NCBI GenBank assembly: GCA_043228905.1
Contig: JBHGNT010000015.1
Span: 13,640,001-13,704,000, forward strand
Length of the DNA: 64,000 nucleotides
DNA from: Azolla caroliniana
Taxonomy: Eukaryota > Plantae > Polypodiophyta
Direction of reading: 5' to 3'
Below the pieces are notes generated by a model. That model did no database searches. It was not told where the DNA came from and saw only the letters and a program-made list of their open reading frames with translations. How positions within the stretch are numbered: position 1 is the first letter of the stretch; each line of letters opens with the position of its first letter. Shown in pieces: positions 62,801-64,000 of this stretch. The translations under genes and the position numbers were made by a program.

Positions 62801-63565
62801 TGTACCTTCATTCCCCATACGGACACAACCATGATCTCTGGCTGTGTAGGACGAGAAGCACCTCCGGTCCGATGTCAGGTGGAACGACGCTCTGGAATCG
62901 ACGACCCACTTGTCTCGTCACCGACAAGGTTTAACTCATTCTCCTCGGTAATGAGCATCAGTTCCTCTTCACTTGTCGCGATCGTAGACGTTCCTTTCCG
63001 ATCCAGGCCTCTCTAGTCCGAACCGTTTCGGTCTGAACTCTTCTTCGAATCGGTAGTGTCAGAGCCATCCTAGTACCAGAGCCTCACTAGCTTCCGGAAT
63101 ACCAAAACCTGATTAACGGCATTCTTGTTCTGGAACAGGACGCCAATCTTCTCCCAGAGTTCAGGAGCATTGCTCTCTTCATTGAAGTTGTTGTACATGC
63201 TCATGTCGATGAAGCACCGGATGTATGCCATCGTCTTCATGTGCATCACCTCCCACATTGTGGCCTCGATCTTATCCTGTCTCTTGTCCCGGAACTGTAC
63301 CGGTAACCAAAGAACTTTAACCACCAGCATATCCCTCATCTTCGACTTCCACATTGAGTAGTTGGAGCCGGTGAGCTTGAACATGCTACCGAATGACTCT
63401 TCCATTTCCTATGTTGTTCGCTCTGATACCAAATTGTGAAGAACAGCGCGGAATATTGCTCGACCACAACCAAGTCTTGGATCACTTCAATGGGAATGAA
63501 ACACAAAAATGGGAAATAGAGAGTGAACACACATAAGCAATAGAGAGTACTCAGGATGTTTACGT
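59821..63565 (-). mobile_element. Ty1/Copia G: 3' LTR lost, 5' LTR (from 63435) interrupted at 63566
   Basis: PBS TGGTATCAGAGC at 63420-63431; gag MEESFGSMFKL; INT, RT FLYVDDML, RH; PPT GGAGGGGGAG at 59822-59831. Deletions at ~63070 and ~61960. Confidence 0.9.
62285..62524. repeat. 120-bp in-frame tandem duplication in G
   Basis: ELWHKRLCHMSQKGMKRLAEDNLIPVKD(V/M)QLEKCTDCLAG occurs twice. Confidence 0.95.
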
Positions 63566-64000
63566 TGTCGTGATGATTTTTGGCTACGGTGTGAAACTGA
63601 GTGAGACGAATAAACCAAGGATGGGCAACATTGCACATGCACTTAGCAAATAAGCCTAAGGCCTAGTGGCACTTGAGTTCATACAGAGTGGTGCAAGCAA
63701 GGTTTGAACCTTGCACCTCTAATATACAAGATGTTTGCCTTACTACTAGGACAACTATCATATAGTATAAATTTTATGTATTCCTTTTCATATACGAATT
63801 ATAGACGAAACAACCATAGAAAACCATGTGAAGAAAACCATGGTTCTAAACCCATGGATTGTGCATGTCATAAGAAAAACCATGTCCCCAAAACCATGGT
63901 TCTAAACCCATGGTTTTGTGCATGAATAGAGCTATAAAAACCCTAGTGGAGCTTGTGTAAAGGGGGGCTCAATATGTGATATCACCAACACCACTAACAT
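63566..64000 (+). mobile_element. Start of another LTR inserted in the G LTR, running off the window
   Basis: Similarity of the G LTR to the C LTR stops at GGATGTTTACGT; then come TGTCGTGATG, AAACCATG repeats (63831-63915) and TATAAAA at ~63933. Confidence 0.6.
63689..63760 (-). other. tRNA-like sequence ending in CACCA, inside an LTR
   Basis: Minus strand: TGTCCTAGTAGTAAGG...GAGGT GCAAGG TTCAAA CCTTGC TTGCACCA; perfect 6-bp T-stem; 72 nt. Confidence 0.6.

Noticed and set aside
1-64000. Prokaryotic systems (CRISPR array, retron, DGR, operon) suggested by RT domains plus repeats
   Set aside because: All RTs sit in LTR or LINE context with LTRs, PBS, PPT and TSDs; the tandem repeats have no unique spacers.

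Overview
This window is eukaryotic, land-plant-type, transposon-dense DNA with no intact host gene; a fern-like origin is my inference only. It contains stacked, decayed LTR retrotransposons. Five Ty1/Copia elements keep both LTRs with target-site duplications (TSDs) and primer-binding sites (PBS): A 1533-7646, H 28461-32158, B 35969-45503, C 37130-42097 and F 53853-59011. There are further truncated Copia copies, several Ty3/Gypsy remnants (two with chromodomains), a solo LTR, two hAT-type MITEs, an L1-like LINE relic and a decayed PLS-class PPR pseudogene. The region 28-64 kb is a nest at least five insertions deep. Most ORFs in the supplied track are fragments or antisense shadows of gag-pol. 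The most unusual signals are: (i) ~72-nt tRNA-like cassettes lying antisense, upstream of the TATA box, in three otherwise dissimilar TGTC-starting LTRs; (ii) a solo LTR carrying a piece of its own family's chromodomain-coding sequence; (iii) a conserved charged extension after RNase H in one Copia family; (iv) templated and telomere-like filler at deletion junctions. All calls are by eye, with no database searches.
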